Virus record (IMG/VR): IMGVR_UViG_3300033149_002847
Direction: 5' to 3' (one strand)
DNA length: 23,403 bases
Source: an uncultured virus (IMG/VR IMGVR_UViG_3300033149_002847)
Lineage: Duplodnaviria > Heunggongvirae > Uroviricota > Caudoviricetes
Shown here: positions 1-9,842 of the stretch, piece after piece
Layout: every line of letters begins with the position of its first letter
Numbering within the stretch: position 1 is the first letter of the stretch
The notes under the pieces: generated by a model
What the model saw: only the letters and a program-made list of their open reading frames with translations
Told to the model about the DNA's origin: nothing
Database searches by the model: none
Made by a program: the position numbers and the translations under genes

Positions 1-41
1 AAAGTGTAATTAAATAAATAATAAGAAATGATATTGTGATA

Positions 42-72
42 TTGACATTAAATTACTATTTTGTTGTATTAT
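42..72 (+). promoter_or_regulatory. Possible sigma70-type promoter for the 103-aa gene
   Basis: TTGACA at 42-47 and TATTAT at 67-72 (19-nt spacer, suboptimal); alternative TTGTGA 34-39 / TATTTT 57-62 with 17-nt spacer. AGGAG RBS at 85-89 before ATG 95. Confidence 0.4.
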
Positions 73-94
73 ATATACAAAGAAAGGAGAATGT

Positions 95-406
95 ATGGAT
101 ATAAGAGGAAATTTAAAAACAATAAATAAACTAAAGAAAATTAAGACTAAAGTTAAGGATATAAATTTTAATATTGACGATAAAATAGAGTCTTGTGTTA
201 TTATGCTTCAAACTGAAGAAAAAAAATTAGTGGAATGGACAAGAGGATATGATAATGTTTCTTCTTTTCTTAAATATGGATATGTACGAATTACTAAAAT
301 GTGTCCATATCGGCATAGAAAATGTATTGGTGAGAAATGTAGCTTATATTTTATCATGAATAATACAGGTGATTGTGTTCATATATGGAATGTAATTCAA
401 AATTAA
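95..406 (+). CDS. Hypothetical protein with C-terminal Cys cluster (putative Zn-binding)
   Basis: Good RBS (AAGGAGA); basic N-terminus; C-terminal CPYRHRKCIGEKC...GDC four-Cys motif; converges on the fibre gene with an 8-nt gap. Confidence 0.7.
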   Translation: MDIRGNLKTINKLKKIKTKVKDINFNIDDKIESCVIMLQTEEKKLVEWTRGYDNVSSFLKYGYVRITKMCPYRHRKCIGEKCSLYFIMNNTGDCVHIWNVIQN

Positions 407-414
407 TTTTAACC

Positions 415-1704
415 TTATAAACATTTCCTTATATATATTATTGAATAAAATGCTGGTTTAGTGTCTATTGTATCATTAGCAAATCCACCATCTCCAGTAT
501 CCATCGTTTTAGTATTAATTGTAATTGATCCTGTTTGTGTTGCACTATTCGTATCTCCTGGATCTTTAGCTACAATAAGAATATTTCCATTACCATCGGT
601 ATTAACTGCAACCATTCCAGTAGTATTATTGGTATATAACCCACCCATACCTTTTACAGAAGTTGCACCAGATGTTTTAAATGTACCTGCTGAGTCTCCA
701 GTTAAAGATAAGTTTATCGTATTAACACTGTGATTATGAGTTGGCATTGTATGAATATGGGAATTGCCAGAAAAAGTACCTGTATGGTTATGATCAGCAT
801 TATGAGTATGGACCGGTAATTCTGCACTACTAATAGTGTGAGTATTATTTCCTCCTGTTGCTGCTACTCCTGCCACTACTTTACCCATTACAAATTTATC
901 TACTAAATCAGGACAACTCTGAACTGAATTTCCAGCTATACATGCAAACCAACCAGGTAAAGTACTATTATCTACCCATGCTCCTGAATTTCCAGCACCT
1001 CCAGAAACATTGTTTGCATCAAACATAATAATTGTTCCAATTGGTAAGAAATCAGTATTGTCTACATAAGCTTTATTATCAACTATTTTTGTTTTCATAT
1101 CGCTTATCGATCCATTACGATAAATAGATGTTATGTCAGTTGTCCAACTTGTATTATTAGCTCCTATCTTTTCTGCATCTACATTATAAATATTTGCATC
1201 TACTACACTTACTGAAGCAGCAGGAACTAATATTTCTGCTATTTTAATCCATCCTGATTCTACAGCTAAAGCAACCCCGGTTCCTGGAGTTCCTGCTAAT
1301 ACCTTAATTTCTGTTTTGTATTCTGTTTTGGTATCGATAGTAGAGCTAGATATAGCTTTTGTAACAGGATCTTTGAATTGTCTTGTCAATGGGGTTGTAT
1401 CTTCAATAAATCTTCTAACCTCTATAATATCTCTTCTATCAAGTGTTGCATGAGAAGCAGTTATGATTCCTATTAAGGCTTCACCTATAAGAAAAGTACC
1501 CACAGTATCGTCTTTTGCTATTCCAGCCTCTATTTGTACTGTCATATCAGGTACACCTGCTTCAGATACAGACATTCCACTAACAATCATATTATCACCC
1601 AAAATATCTGTTGCAAAATCAAAGCTTTCCATCAAATCAATAGAATTCTCAACAACATCTACGGTGTAAATTATTTCATTACCTTCCCAACGTCCTATTC
1701 TCAT
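415..1704 (-). CDS. Tail fibre / short-fibre protein with tail-collar domain and HxH metal-binding tip
   Basis: Last gene after the wedge genes. Collar-type motif LPIGTIIMF...PGWFAC...PDLVDKFVMG...GG, four HxH motifs (HTH, HNH, HIH, HNH) and a terminal KPAFYSIIYIRKC motif typical of T4 gp12/gp37-like fibres. ATGA overlap with the upstream gene. Confidence 0.8.
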   Translation of the reverse strand: MRIGRWEGNEIIYTVDVVENSIDLMESFDFATDILGDNMIVSGMSVSEAGVPDMTVQIEAGIAKDDTVGTFLIGEALIGIITASHATLDRRDIIEVRRFIEDTTPLTRQFKDPVTKAISSSTIDTKTEYKTEIKVLAGTPGTGVALAVESGWIKIAEILVPAASVSVVDANIYNVDAEKIGANNTSWTTDITSIYRNGSISDMKTKIVDNKAYVDNTDFLPIGTIIMFDANNVSGGAGNSGAWVDNSTLPGWFACIAGNSVQSCPDLVDKFVMGKVVAGVAATGGNNTHTISSAELPVHTHNADHNHTGTFSGNSHIHTMPTHNHSVNTINLSLTGDSAGTFKTSGATSVKGMGGLYTNNTTGMVAVNTDGNGNILIVAKDPGDTNSATQTGSITINTKTMDTGDGGFANDTIDTKPAFYSIIYIRKCL

Positions 1705-2783
1705 GTTCTTATCTCCCTGGTAAAAATCCCTTTAATTCCACTGGCTTTTACCGTATCTAATAATGACTGATAGTAGGTATCAGTATAACTTGATGTAGCA
1801 CTAGAAAACATAGCATCCTGATCTAAATAAGAAGCATTTTCGTAAATTATTCCAGCGTCCCATACCGATGCAAAATAAGTAGCAGGACCGGCATCTATAT
1901 ATACTAATTCGTAAAAAGGATATAATTTCAAACCAAATTCTATTCTATCCAATAAAAAATCAACTATTTTAGTAAATTTGATATCTACATTATAAGTTCC
2001 ATCTACAAGAATAAAGAATTCTGCTAATCCCCAATCTCCACTAATCGATGTGTATTTATTATTAGGATCTGATGAAACCCATACCAAGGTACTTGTGTTA
2101 AAATAATAACTATCAGAATCTCTTTGTATTGTTAAATTAAAAATATCTCCTGGAGTCCCCGAGACAGGCTTTGCGAAGCAATTTAATATATAAGCACCAC
2201 TTACCACTGCAACGGTCTGTAATACGTCTGTAAATGCTGTGAAATCAAGTTTATAGTCACCTTCAAAAGCATCTACAGAGCTTCTGTTACCTGATGGATT
2301 AAAAGTCCATTCTCCGGCTATTACATCTTCAAAATCACCATTAATTAATATGTCTGTCAAAACAGCATTAGGAATATAGTAAAGTAAATCACGATCTAAA
2401 TAATACGAAAAAACATTTTTAATATCCCATGGAGTACCAAACCTCTCAGACCTCCAATTGTCTTCACGTACTATTAGAGATTCCATTCTCCTGATTAGAT
2501 CTAAATCAGCTTCCTCTGTAAATCGTTTTAATCCAGTAAAAAAATAAACTACTATATCAATATAAGGTTCAGGAAGTTCATCCAATTCTCTTCCAGTAAT
2601 CTCACGTACAAAATCATATACATATTCAAGTTGATTAGCTATAGCACCACAATTGTAATTATCTGGAGTTGTTATAGTCGTATCAGGAGTAAAATCCTCT
2701 TTTCCCCATAACGCCTGATAGAACTCATCTGTTTTGAGAATTTTAGTTAAAATATTTTCATTTACCTCTGATATTTGACTCAT
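1701..2783 (-). CDS. Baseplate wedge protein (P2 gpI/Mu gp48-like) with inserted carbohydrate-binding-like domain
   Basis: Directly follows baseplate J. gpI-like elements (GLKRFTEEAD.DLIRR...GTPWDIK; C-terminal LLDTVKASGI) flank a CBM4/9-like segment starting LINGDFE...W and ending LLDRIEF. Confidence 0.65.
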   Translation of the reverse strand: MSQISEVNENILTKILKTDEFYQALWGKEDFTPDTTITTPDNYNCGAIANQLEYVYDFVREITGRELDELPEPYIDIVVYFFTGLKRFTEEADLDLIRRMESLIVREDNWRSERFGTPWDIKNVFSYYLDRDLLYYIPNAVLTDILINGDFEDVIAGEWTFNPSGNRSSVDAFEGDYKLDFTAFTDVLQTVAVVSGAYILNCFAKPVSGTPGDIFNLTIQRDSDSYYFNTSTLVWVSSDPNNKYTSISGDWGLAEFFILVDGTYNVDIKFTKIVDFLLDRIEFGLKLYPFYELVYIDAGPATYFASVWDAGIIYENASYLDQDAMFSSATSSYTDTYYQSLLDTVKASGIKGIFTREIRT

Positions 2784-3862
2784 GTTGTTATTGTTGGTGT
2801 AATAGTACTTACTCTTGCTACCTGAGAAGAAAGTGTTGTTATATCAACACCCCCATTTAGAGTAAGGACCGGTACGTTAACCACTCCTTGTATTCCTTGG
2901 ATTATTCTAACAACTTCTGAATTAATAACATCCGATCCTACCCAGAGTGAATTTATATAGTTTTTTATAGCATCTTCTATTGTGATTTTTATAGCATCGG
3001 CATCAGCTAAAGGATTTATTTGTGCTGTATAAACTATATTTACAGGTATAAGTCCTGCTGTAAGAACTCTAAAATTTATTCCAGCAGCAGCATAACCCTG
3101 ATAATCTGATGTATCGTTGCCGTAAATTTTAAGATATATTTCATCTAATTTTGTTTGTGGAACACTCCCTGAGCCATCATCAACATAAATTGTAAAATTA
3201 TAAAGGCCTGATTCAGGAGGAAAATGATCCTGTACATAACCAGAAAGGATAGTCTCTACTGTAACAGCAGCAGTAAATATACCATATCTATTTGCCCCAT
3301 CTAACCCTAATATAAAATTAGTAAATCTTGCAAAGTATTCTGAGTTAGTTTCTCTATCTCGACCTCCAGCAGTTGCAGTATTATTTGTTACTGAATTAAC
3401 CCCTGGAACTGAGGAGTTTATTGTTGTTATTCCATCAACTAATATATCGTACTCTGAACCAGCTTTATTTGCTATTATATTAACAGCGTTTGAATCAGTA
3501 TTTCCTCCAGAAATTGTTCCAACATCCTGAGTTGTAAAAAGTAATCCTGCTACAGTACCAATAATAGTTCCTATTGGAATACTTACAGGATCTACTGTTG
3601 AAACAGATCTTGAAAAAATAGCAGTACCGGACGAAAAAAGCTCTTCTTTTCTTTGAAAGTTAAAAGATTGAAAAGGGATTTGTTCAAATTGCTCTTTGAA
3701 TCCACCCGAACATTTAACTAATGCTTGGTTGAGTTGAATTGCCATAGCATTGAATTGCGTATCCATCGCAGAACCAGAATTTAGGTCTGTTATTTTGTCC
3801 TGATTAGCAACAAGATAATTTTTCATGAAGTTGTAAAATTCTCTCTGTGAAAGAATTGTCAT
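2780..3862 (-). CDS. Baseplate J-like wedge protein (P2 gpJ / Mu gp47 / XkdT family)
   Basis: Motifs ITDLNSGSAM, IPIGTII...FTT, AGSEYDI, GVNSVTN..A.AGGRDRETNSEYFARF, C-terminal IQGIQGVVNV; 360 aa; synteny. Confidence 0.92.
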   Translation of the reverse strand: MTILSQREFYNFMKNYLVANQDKITDLNSGSAMDTQFNAMAIQLNQALVKCSGGFKEQFEQIPFQSFNFQRKEELFSSGTAIFSRSVSTVDPVSIPIGTIIGTVAGLLFTTQDVGTISGGNTDSNAVNIIANKAGSEYDILVDGITTINSSVPGVNSVTNNTATAGGRDRETNSEYFARFTNFILGLDGANRYGIFTAAVTVETILSGYVQDHFPPESGLYNFTIYVDDGSGSVPQTKLDEIYLKIYGNDTSDYQGYAAAGINFRVLTAGLIPVNIVYTAQINPLADADAIKITIEDAIKNYINSLWVGSDVINSEVVRIIQGIQGVVNVPVLTLNGGVDITTLSSQVARVSTITPTITT

Positions 3863-4224
3863 ATTCCCTCCCGGAAGGTGACACCAAGCTTTGTAATAGT
3901 ATCAAACTTAAATTCTTGTTGTATCGTATCACCTGATCCTTTAAAGTTCAATCCGTACACATCCGTGATACGAGGATCTTGAACTAAGGTCTCTGCAAGA
4001 GAAACAGCTAAAAATTCAAAAGGTGACTCACTGTTAAGAGCATCTCCAATTTGAGCCACTATCCCATAAGATCCATCACGTACTTGACGACCTTTTTTTT
4101 CCGCTAATCTACAAGAAACAGCCTGTAAGATTGCTTGTTCTTCAGAAATTAGAGCATAATCATTTCCTGATATAATAAAGCGTCCATCATCATTTATCAC
4201 AGCATCACGTCCTAATATACTCAT
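3859..4224 (-). CDS. Baseplate gp25/gpW-like sheath-initiator protein
   Basis: 121 aa upstream of J; AILQAV..RL...KG.....SYG and ETLVQDPRITDV motifs. Confidence 0.8.
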   Translation of the reverse strand: MSILGRDAVINDDGRFIISGNDYALISEEQAILQAVSCRLAEKKGRQVRDGSYGIVAQIGDALNSESPFEFLAVSLAETLVQDPRITDVYGLNFKGSGDTIQQEFKFDTITKLGVTFREGI

Positions 4225-5546
4225 AATTCCCCCGGTACATTATAAACAGCATTGGTAGCATACCTCACTTCCGGAGTTAAAAGAGGAATTGTTAAAGTAT
4301 CACCAACTACAAGTTCATCTGTTGAATAAATTCTATTTAAAGCAGAAATTACATCTTTAAACTCAGGATCTCCGAACAAATCTCTAGCTAAAATATCTAG
4401 TCTAGTATTTTCCTGGATTATAATAGTCGTAAGTCCATAAACAGGAACTACAGTGCCATTGATAGAAACAGCTCCGATAGGTTCATAAGATGAATCTTGT
4501 TTTGCAGTTAGAACCATTTGAAATAAAGGATCTTGTATCTCTATAAGGCCTTCGCTTATTTCTGATGTTGGAGTAGTTAATTTTTCCCAGTCATAATAAT
4601 CTATAATATCATCACCTGAAGATTGAATGCTTTCAATTAAATCACTTGTCCTTTCTTCAAGCGTTAAATATTCTACTCTTGCAGTTTCTAAAACATCATA
4701 AGGGAATTGTATGAATTGTATTCCCTTATTTAAGATATTTTCAGAAACTGATAAAACACTATCAAATAAACCAGCTAACTTTTGTTCATATTCAATCACA
4801 CTATCTGTAAATCTTGTTAATTGATCCGTGAAAGCACTTGTTGAATCTTTTATACTCGCTACATTTGCTATTTCAGAAGTAATATTATCTGCAATTGCAT
4901 CCATATTATCATTAAAAGCCTCTACAGCTTCAGCAGCAGCATTTATCAATCCCTTAATGTCGCTTATTAAACCTACTTCTGTTTTTGTAGCTCCAGGGTC
5001 AAATGTTCCAAGCTTTCTTATTCCTGTCAGATTTATGGTATATGGATACCAGAAGGGTTTTGATGATGTTTTCCTTAATGCTGATTCATCAAGAACTACT
5101 TCCCATGCCTCAGAATATTGCACAACTTTTCCAAATTCATCACCTAGAATATTATTATTTGCTCTTTTATTTGTAAGATCATAAAAATACATAGCGTAAT
5201 TTTTCTTCCGTAGGGAATATTCTACTATTCTCTTTTTAAATTCAAAATAAACTTCTTGACCTGTAAAAGTTCCAGGAACTCTCCCAGCTCCAAATATAGT
5301 CAATCTGGATTCTTCATTTCCAGTTTCACCACCTATACTAATCTTAGCCCCATCTAAGCCGTAATTATCAACAAAATACCCCCCTGGTGTAGGAGTGGAA
5401 GTAACTCTTTGAGGTTGTATTATTTCAATACTTGAAGGAGGAATAGTAAAAGCAAATGATTCTTCAAATTTTCCTGGAGTCCCATCTTGATTAAGTGAAC
5501 GTATTTCAAAAAATATTGATCGTTTGTATAAATCTGGATATGCCAT
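4221..5546 (-). CDS. Tail tube initiator fused to a C-terminal LysM/gpX-like domain
   Basis: N-terminal tube-like motif FTIPPSSIEI...R....TPGG.FVDNYG....ISIGGETG; helical middle; C-terminal QENTRLDILARDLFGDPEF..VISALN...ELVVGDTLTIP (LysM/P2 gpX-like). Confidence 0.7.
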   Translation of the reverse strand: MAYPDLYKRSIFFEIRSLNQDGTPGKFEESFAFTIPPSSIEIIQPQRVTSTPTPGGYFVDNYGLDGAKISIGGETGNEESRLTIFGAGRVPGTFTGQEVYFEFKKRIVEYSLRKKNYAMYFYDLTNKRANNNILGDEFGKVVQYSEAWEVVLDESALRKTSSKPFWYPYTINLTGIRKLGTFDPGATKTEVGLISDIKGLINAAAEAVEAFNDNMDAIADNITSEIANVASIKDSTSAFTDQLTRFTDSVIEYEQKLAGLFDSVLSVSENILNKGIQFIQFPYDVLETARVEYLTLEERTSDLIESIQSSGDDIIDYYDWEKLTTPTSEISEGLIEIQDPLFQMVLTAKQDSSYEPIGAVSINGTVVPVYGLTTIIIQENTRLDILARDLFGDPEFKDVISALNRIYSTDELVVGDTLTIPLLTPEVRYATNAVYNVPGEL

Positions 5547-6280
5547 TATGCTAACCTCACATTATCTACTTTAGAACCAGACATATCTGCTGTACTAGGT
5601 GTGCCTAATGTTAATGTTGGAGCAGCAGCACCATTAATGGTATCTGGAGTTGTCACAGTATGTATGTGTGCATTGAAAAGTGAAACAAGTGTATCATGAT
5701 CAGTTTTTAGTTGATCAAAAGCTAATTTTAAGTCTGCATAAGCAACCGCATTATCAGCATTACCGTTAATATCCCATGCTGAAGCACTTGATTTAAAAGT
5801 ATTTCCCTTAAAATCTGTTAATTCAAAAGCTTCTGTATCTGGGTTTATTACTAAATTAAAAGTACCATTTAGAAAAATCATCTCTCCAGTTTCTTGATCA
5901 AAAGTTTTAGACCATCCACCAGGTAAAATCTCTTTATCTCCTTGGCCTAGTAATTCACTTTCAACATCTGAATCTTTTGTATTTAGTGAAGCTGGTTCGA
6001 TCCATCCTGAATTAATATCATTCTCAGGATATAACACTTTAACCGATGAACCAACTGGAGGATAAGAAATACCTCCTGTAATAGGGTTTTTCGAGGGATA
6101 GTAAGAAGAGGGTATTTTAATTCCTTCGATCAAAAATCCAGTAACAATGTCTACATTACAGGTTCCATCATTATTATTACTATTAACTTCCCCATAAGTT
6201 ATCATTAAGTATTTATTATAGATAGTAGGTCTTACATTACCCTGAGAAACTGGACCTGTAGATTTTTTTACTATTTTCAT
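5546..6280 (-). CDS. Baseplate central spike (P2 gpV / Mu gp45-like)
   Basis: N-terminal OB-fold-like GEV...DGTCNV...YPPVGSSVKV, beta-rich stalk, C-terminal FNAHIH (HxH iron-binding apex); follows the hub. Confidence 0.8.
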   Translation of the reverse strand: MKIVKKSTGPVSQGNVRPTIYNKYLMITYGEVNSNNNDGTCNVDIVTGFLIEGIKIPSSYYPSKNPITGGISYPPVGSSVKVLYPENDINSGWIEPASLNTKDSDVESELLGQGDKEILPGGWSKTFDQETGEMIFLNGTFNLVINPDTEAFELTDFKGNTFKSSASAWDINGNADNAVAYADLKLAFDQLKTDHDTLVSLFNAHIHTVTTPDTINGAAAPTLTLGTPSTADMSGSKVDNVRLA

Positions 6281-7752
6281 CTTCTTGAACTTCCTACCTC
6301 AAATTTCCCACTAGTGATAGTTTTAGCCCTAACTATTTCTATTTCTGTTTCAAGTAATTTCCTACCAAGCTTAGTTATTCTCTGAACTTGTGGTGTTTGA
6401 ATCCTTTCTCCATCTATTTTAATCCATCCTGAACCATATTCATAGCCCCTGGTTACTGAATAAGTGGAAGTCATGGTCTCAGGGTAAGTCATTCTTCTTT
6501 TAACACCCTCTACATAGAATTGAATATCAGCACCTTGAAGATATTTAATTCTTTCACCTATATTAATATATTGACCCTCAACTGTGTGCATAGTAATTTC
6601 ACCCGATTGAAAATCAACATTATTATGATACCATGCATACATTCTTCTTGAATTATTCTTTAAATAATCTCTAGCTACAAATTCCCTACCAGCAATCAAA
6701 TCAAAGAATGGGAAATTTGCCTCAAGTTTACGATAACCGTAAACAGGCAATTTATCATTATCAAATACTGTGACTTGATCCAATGAATTATCAGCATAAT
6801 TTTCATTTTCTGAATAAGCAGCATTAGGCATTTGTGAATAAAAATGTGTATAAATCTCTGCATCAGTATCATTTAAATTCTGATCTATTAAAAACAGAGA
6901 ATTTAAAGTTGTTATAGGAAGAGCATCCCACGTATCCTTATCGAAAGGAGTTTCCCGGCAAATCATCTTATATTTACCGTCTATATATCTGCCAAATATC
7001 TCATAGACTGGTGTAGGAAGTACTTGTCTAAACATAGTCCAGAGCGTATTAGTATCTTGTTGAAAAAGTTTTAAGGCAAAGGGATAGTGAGCAATTAAAT
7101 TCTCTACTTCTAAATCAAAAAATTCATCAATAAAAGCACCTATTCCGGAAGTTTTCCCACCTAGAGCTATTTTAATATATTTATCCTTTATCAAAGTAAA
7201 TAGTTTACCTAGATCTTGGCCTTCTCCCATTTTTGCAGCAAGATCTTTTGTAAATGATTCATTTTCAACCTCAACATCTGCAATCCCATTACCTAGCCAT
7301 AAATATTTATTCATAGGTACTGAAAAACTCTGTAATCTTCCACCTATTGATTCACCCGTGATGGAAATTTTTCTGGAAGGTTTACCACCACTAAAAGACA
7401 TTGAATAACCAGTACCCCGAACTATTCCTATATACCTTACAGTTCCAAATTCACTTATAAAGACAATATCACTTGCTCTAATTTTATCTTTCCAAGTCAA
7501 CCCATTTCTATCTTGGACGGGTACTAATGTTAAAGAAAAAGCTCCTGTAGGATTGCTTAATTGGTTTTCATACTCATATCCTATCAAGTCAGTGTAAGAA
7601 TTTGTACCATTGGATTTACCTGAATCGGATACAAATTCTATTTTTGTAACATTAAACCATTCAGGAACAGTTTTGTATAATAAGATAGATCTCGTGTAAT
7701 CAGGTCTTTTAATTGATACAGTCCATTGAGGGATTCTTCTATAAGTATTCAA
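6277..7752 (-). CDS. Baseplate hub protein (T4 gp27 / P2 gpD / Mu gp44-like)
   Basis: Directly after the tape measure; GAFSLTL, ISITGES, and C-terminal INIGERI...FYVEGV.R......TSTYSVTRG hub signature. TTG start overlapping the tape-measure stop. Confidence 0.75.
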   Translation of the reverse strand: MNTYRRIPQWTVSIKRPDYTRSILLYKTVPEWFNVTKIEFVSDSGKSNGTNSYTDLIGYEYENQLSNPTGAFSLTLVPVQDRNGLTWKDKIRASDIVFISEFGTVRYIGIVRGTGYSMSFSGGKPSRKISITGESIGGRLQSFSVPMNKYLWLGNGIADVEVENESFTKDLAAKMGEGQDLGKLFTLIKDKYIKIALGGKTSGIGAFIDEFFDLEVENLIAHYPFALKLFQQDTNTLWTMFRQVLPTPVYEIFGRYIDGKYKMICRETPFDKDTWDALPITTLNSLFLIDQNLNDTDAEIYTHFYSQMPNAAYSENENYADNSLDQVTVFDNDKLPVYGYRKLEANFPFFDLIAGREFVARDYLKNNSRRMYAWYHNNVDFQSGEITMHTVEGQYINIGERIKYLQGADIQFYVEGVKRRMTYPETMTSTYSVTRGYEYGSGWIKIDGERIQTPQVQRITKLGRKLLETEIEIVRAKTITSGKFEVGSSRR

Positions 7753-9557
7753 CGTCCACCAACTCCTCCACCAGTATAAGGTGTAGCTCCTGATTTATCC
7801 TCAAATTCTGCATCTTTACCTGTATTATCAGCAGTTGTTTTATTTACATCTATTAGGTCTTGAAGTAGTTTTGCTAATATACTTAATTCTGATTGATCCA
7901 AATTTCGATCACCTATTGATCTTTGGTAAGCTGATCCTGTAGCTGTATAGATATCAGTTATGTCAACTCCTGCTGCTTCAGCCTCTTTTATTCTTTTATA
8001 AAATCCAGAAACACCAGGTGTAAACATTTGATCTACCCCTAATGAGTGTCTAAAATCGGTTGCTATTTGTACTTCTCTTCGTGCATCATTCCTTTCTTTA
8101 TCTTTTATAGCTTGTTCTCTTATACTACTTTCCATCGTCCCTATATCAAAAAAACTCTCTACTGTTGTCGTAATTGTCTCAGTAACATCTACAAGATTTT
8201 TGAAAGCTTCTATAGTTGCATCAACTCCTTCAGCTCTAAGATCATAAAATCCTTCTCCTAATTCTGAAACCCATTGTTTTACACCTTCTATATTAGCTTG
8301 ATAACCTGTTTCAATGGTTGCCCCTGCTCCAGCTCCTAGACCGCCCAAATTTTCAAATTGAGTTCCAGATAATCCTTGGCCTCTTAGGCCGTATAAAGCT
8401 TCAGCGTCTGTAGTGGATAATCCAAACATTCTTGAAAGCGTAAGAATTGACTCTGTATCACCATAACCCATTTGACCAAATTCACCCATCAACCCTTTGA
8501 ACATTTCTTGAGTTAATCCACCTTCCATACGTTTTTTAATATCAATCATACTGCCACCTGGAGTTATTCCAGCAGCAGCACGATATAAAAATAAATCACT
8601 CTGTTGTTGAAGTCCGGCAGCTCCAGCTACAGCCTGATTCATTCCTTGTACTTTTTGCGCCCCTAATGCTCCCTGCCAGGTTGCTCCAGCTTTTCCGAAA
8701 AATTCCATAGATCTGAGAAGATCACTTTCACCACCTGTAATTCCTCTTGAGAGTCTACCTGAACGTATGTCTTGAAAACCTCCTAGAACTTCTTCAAACT
8801 GTCCTGGTTTAAGCCCTTGTGCCTTCCTGAGAGCATCAATAGCAGCAAGGCCTCCTGTCATGCCATATCTTTCTGTTGTTCCTTCAAAAGCAGCTAATCT
8901 ATTGAAATCTGCACCATAGGCTAAAGAATAAGAAGCAGCTTGACTCCCTCCAAAATCCTTCCCTCCTGCTCTTAAATAAACTTGTGCAGCAGCAGCACCT
9001 TCCTCAAATGTTTTTCCAAACTTAGCCACTGAATCAACAGTAGAACTCATTGCATCTCTTAAAGCCAAAGTATTAGCTGCAATATCTGTCCCCATATCCC
9101 CTGAAAGCCTGGCAATATCTCCAGCAGGACCAGCTCTTTCACCATAAATACCAGCAAGGGCATTTCCGGCAATTCCAACACCAGCAACAGCAGCCAAACC
9201 ACCAGCAACAGCAGGAGATATTTTCCCAGCTAATCCAGCCAGACTTTTTACTCCAGATAAAGCACCACCAGCAACATCACCACGGCCAGCCTGTACAACA
9301 GAAGAACTCATTCCAGCAAAAACCTGTTGAGCATGTTGCATTTGTTGAGATTGACTCTGTTGCATACCACGGTTTAACTTAGAGTAAGCTTCACCTATTT
9401 GAGTTAATTTATTATTGTATTCTTCAAGAACACGAGGATCTAAAGCCGAGTTTATACCATCAGCACCTTTAGTGACTTCCTGAAAACCTTCTGCTACCCT
9501 CTTGGCAGTAGCAGAGGCGTTATCTTGTAATGATATTATCGCACCAGTTTCAATCAT
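7749..9557 (-). CDS. Tail tape measure protein
   Basis: Ala/Gly-rich helical 602-aa protein (ISLQDNAS N-terminus, hydrophobic AVAGGLAAVAGVGIAG segment) between the chaperones and the hub. Confidence 0.85.
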   Translation of the reverse strand: MIETGAIISLQDNASATAKRVAEGFQEVTKGADGINSALDPRVLEEYNNKLTQIGEAYSKLNRGMQQSQSQQMQHAQQVFAGMSSSVVQAGRGDVAGGALSGVKSLAGLAGKISPAVAGGLAAVAGVGIAGNALAGIYGERAGPAGDIARLSGDMGTDIAANTLALRDAMSSTVDSVAKFGKTFEEGAAAAQVYLRAGGKDFGGSQAASYSLAYGADFNRLAAFEGTTERYGMTGGLAAIDALRKAQGLKPGQFEEVLGGFQDIRSGRLSRGITGGESDLLRSMEFFGKAGATWQGALGAQKVQGMNQAVAGAAGLQQQSDLFLYRAAAGITPGGSMIDIKKRMEGGLTQEMFKGLMGEFGQMGYGDTESILTLSRMFGLSTTDAEALYGLRGQGLSGTQFENLGGLGAGAGATIETGYQANIEGVKQWVSELGEGFYDLRAEGVDATIEAFKNLVDVTETITTTVESFFDIGTMESSIREQAIKDKERNDARREVQIATDFRHSLGVDQMFTPGVSGFYKRIKEAEAAGVDITDIYTATGSAYQRSIGDRNLDQSELSILAKLLQDLIDVNKTTADNTGKDAEFEDKSGATPYTGGGVGGR

Positions 9558-9829
9558 TTTGTGTCCCTAAAAGCGTTCATAATATCTTTAATCTCTTCAT
9601 CGGTATATTGGCTGTCTTTTAGAGCTGGCACTTGCAGTTTTAATTCAGCTTCATAGGCTTCATTTTTCTTATCTTCTGCTTTCTTCATCAAGTACCAATC
9701 CCTTAAAGCTTCATTTCCTGGACTTTCCATAAATTTTAAATAAGTAAATTCCATCCATTCATAAGGAACTTCCAAATACCGATCATCAAAAGGAGTAAGT
9801 GATTTACTATCCATAAACCACATCCTCAC
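9554..9829 (-). CDS. Tail assembly chaperone, downstream (T) part; probably expressed as a frameshift fusion
   Basis: Immediately before the tape measure; LTPFDDRYLEV motif. The GTG start lacks an RBS and the frame stays open upstream to 9934. Confidence 0.65.
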   Translation of the reverse strand: MRMWFMDSKSLTPFDDRYLEVPYEWMEFTYLKFMESPGNEALRDWYLMKKAEDKKNEAYEAELKLQVPALKDSQYTDEEIKDIMNAFRDTK

Positions 9830-9842
9830 TTTTAATTCAAAA

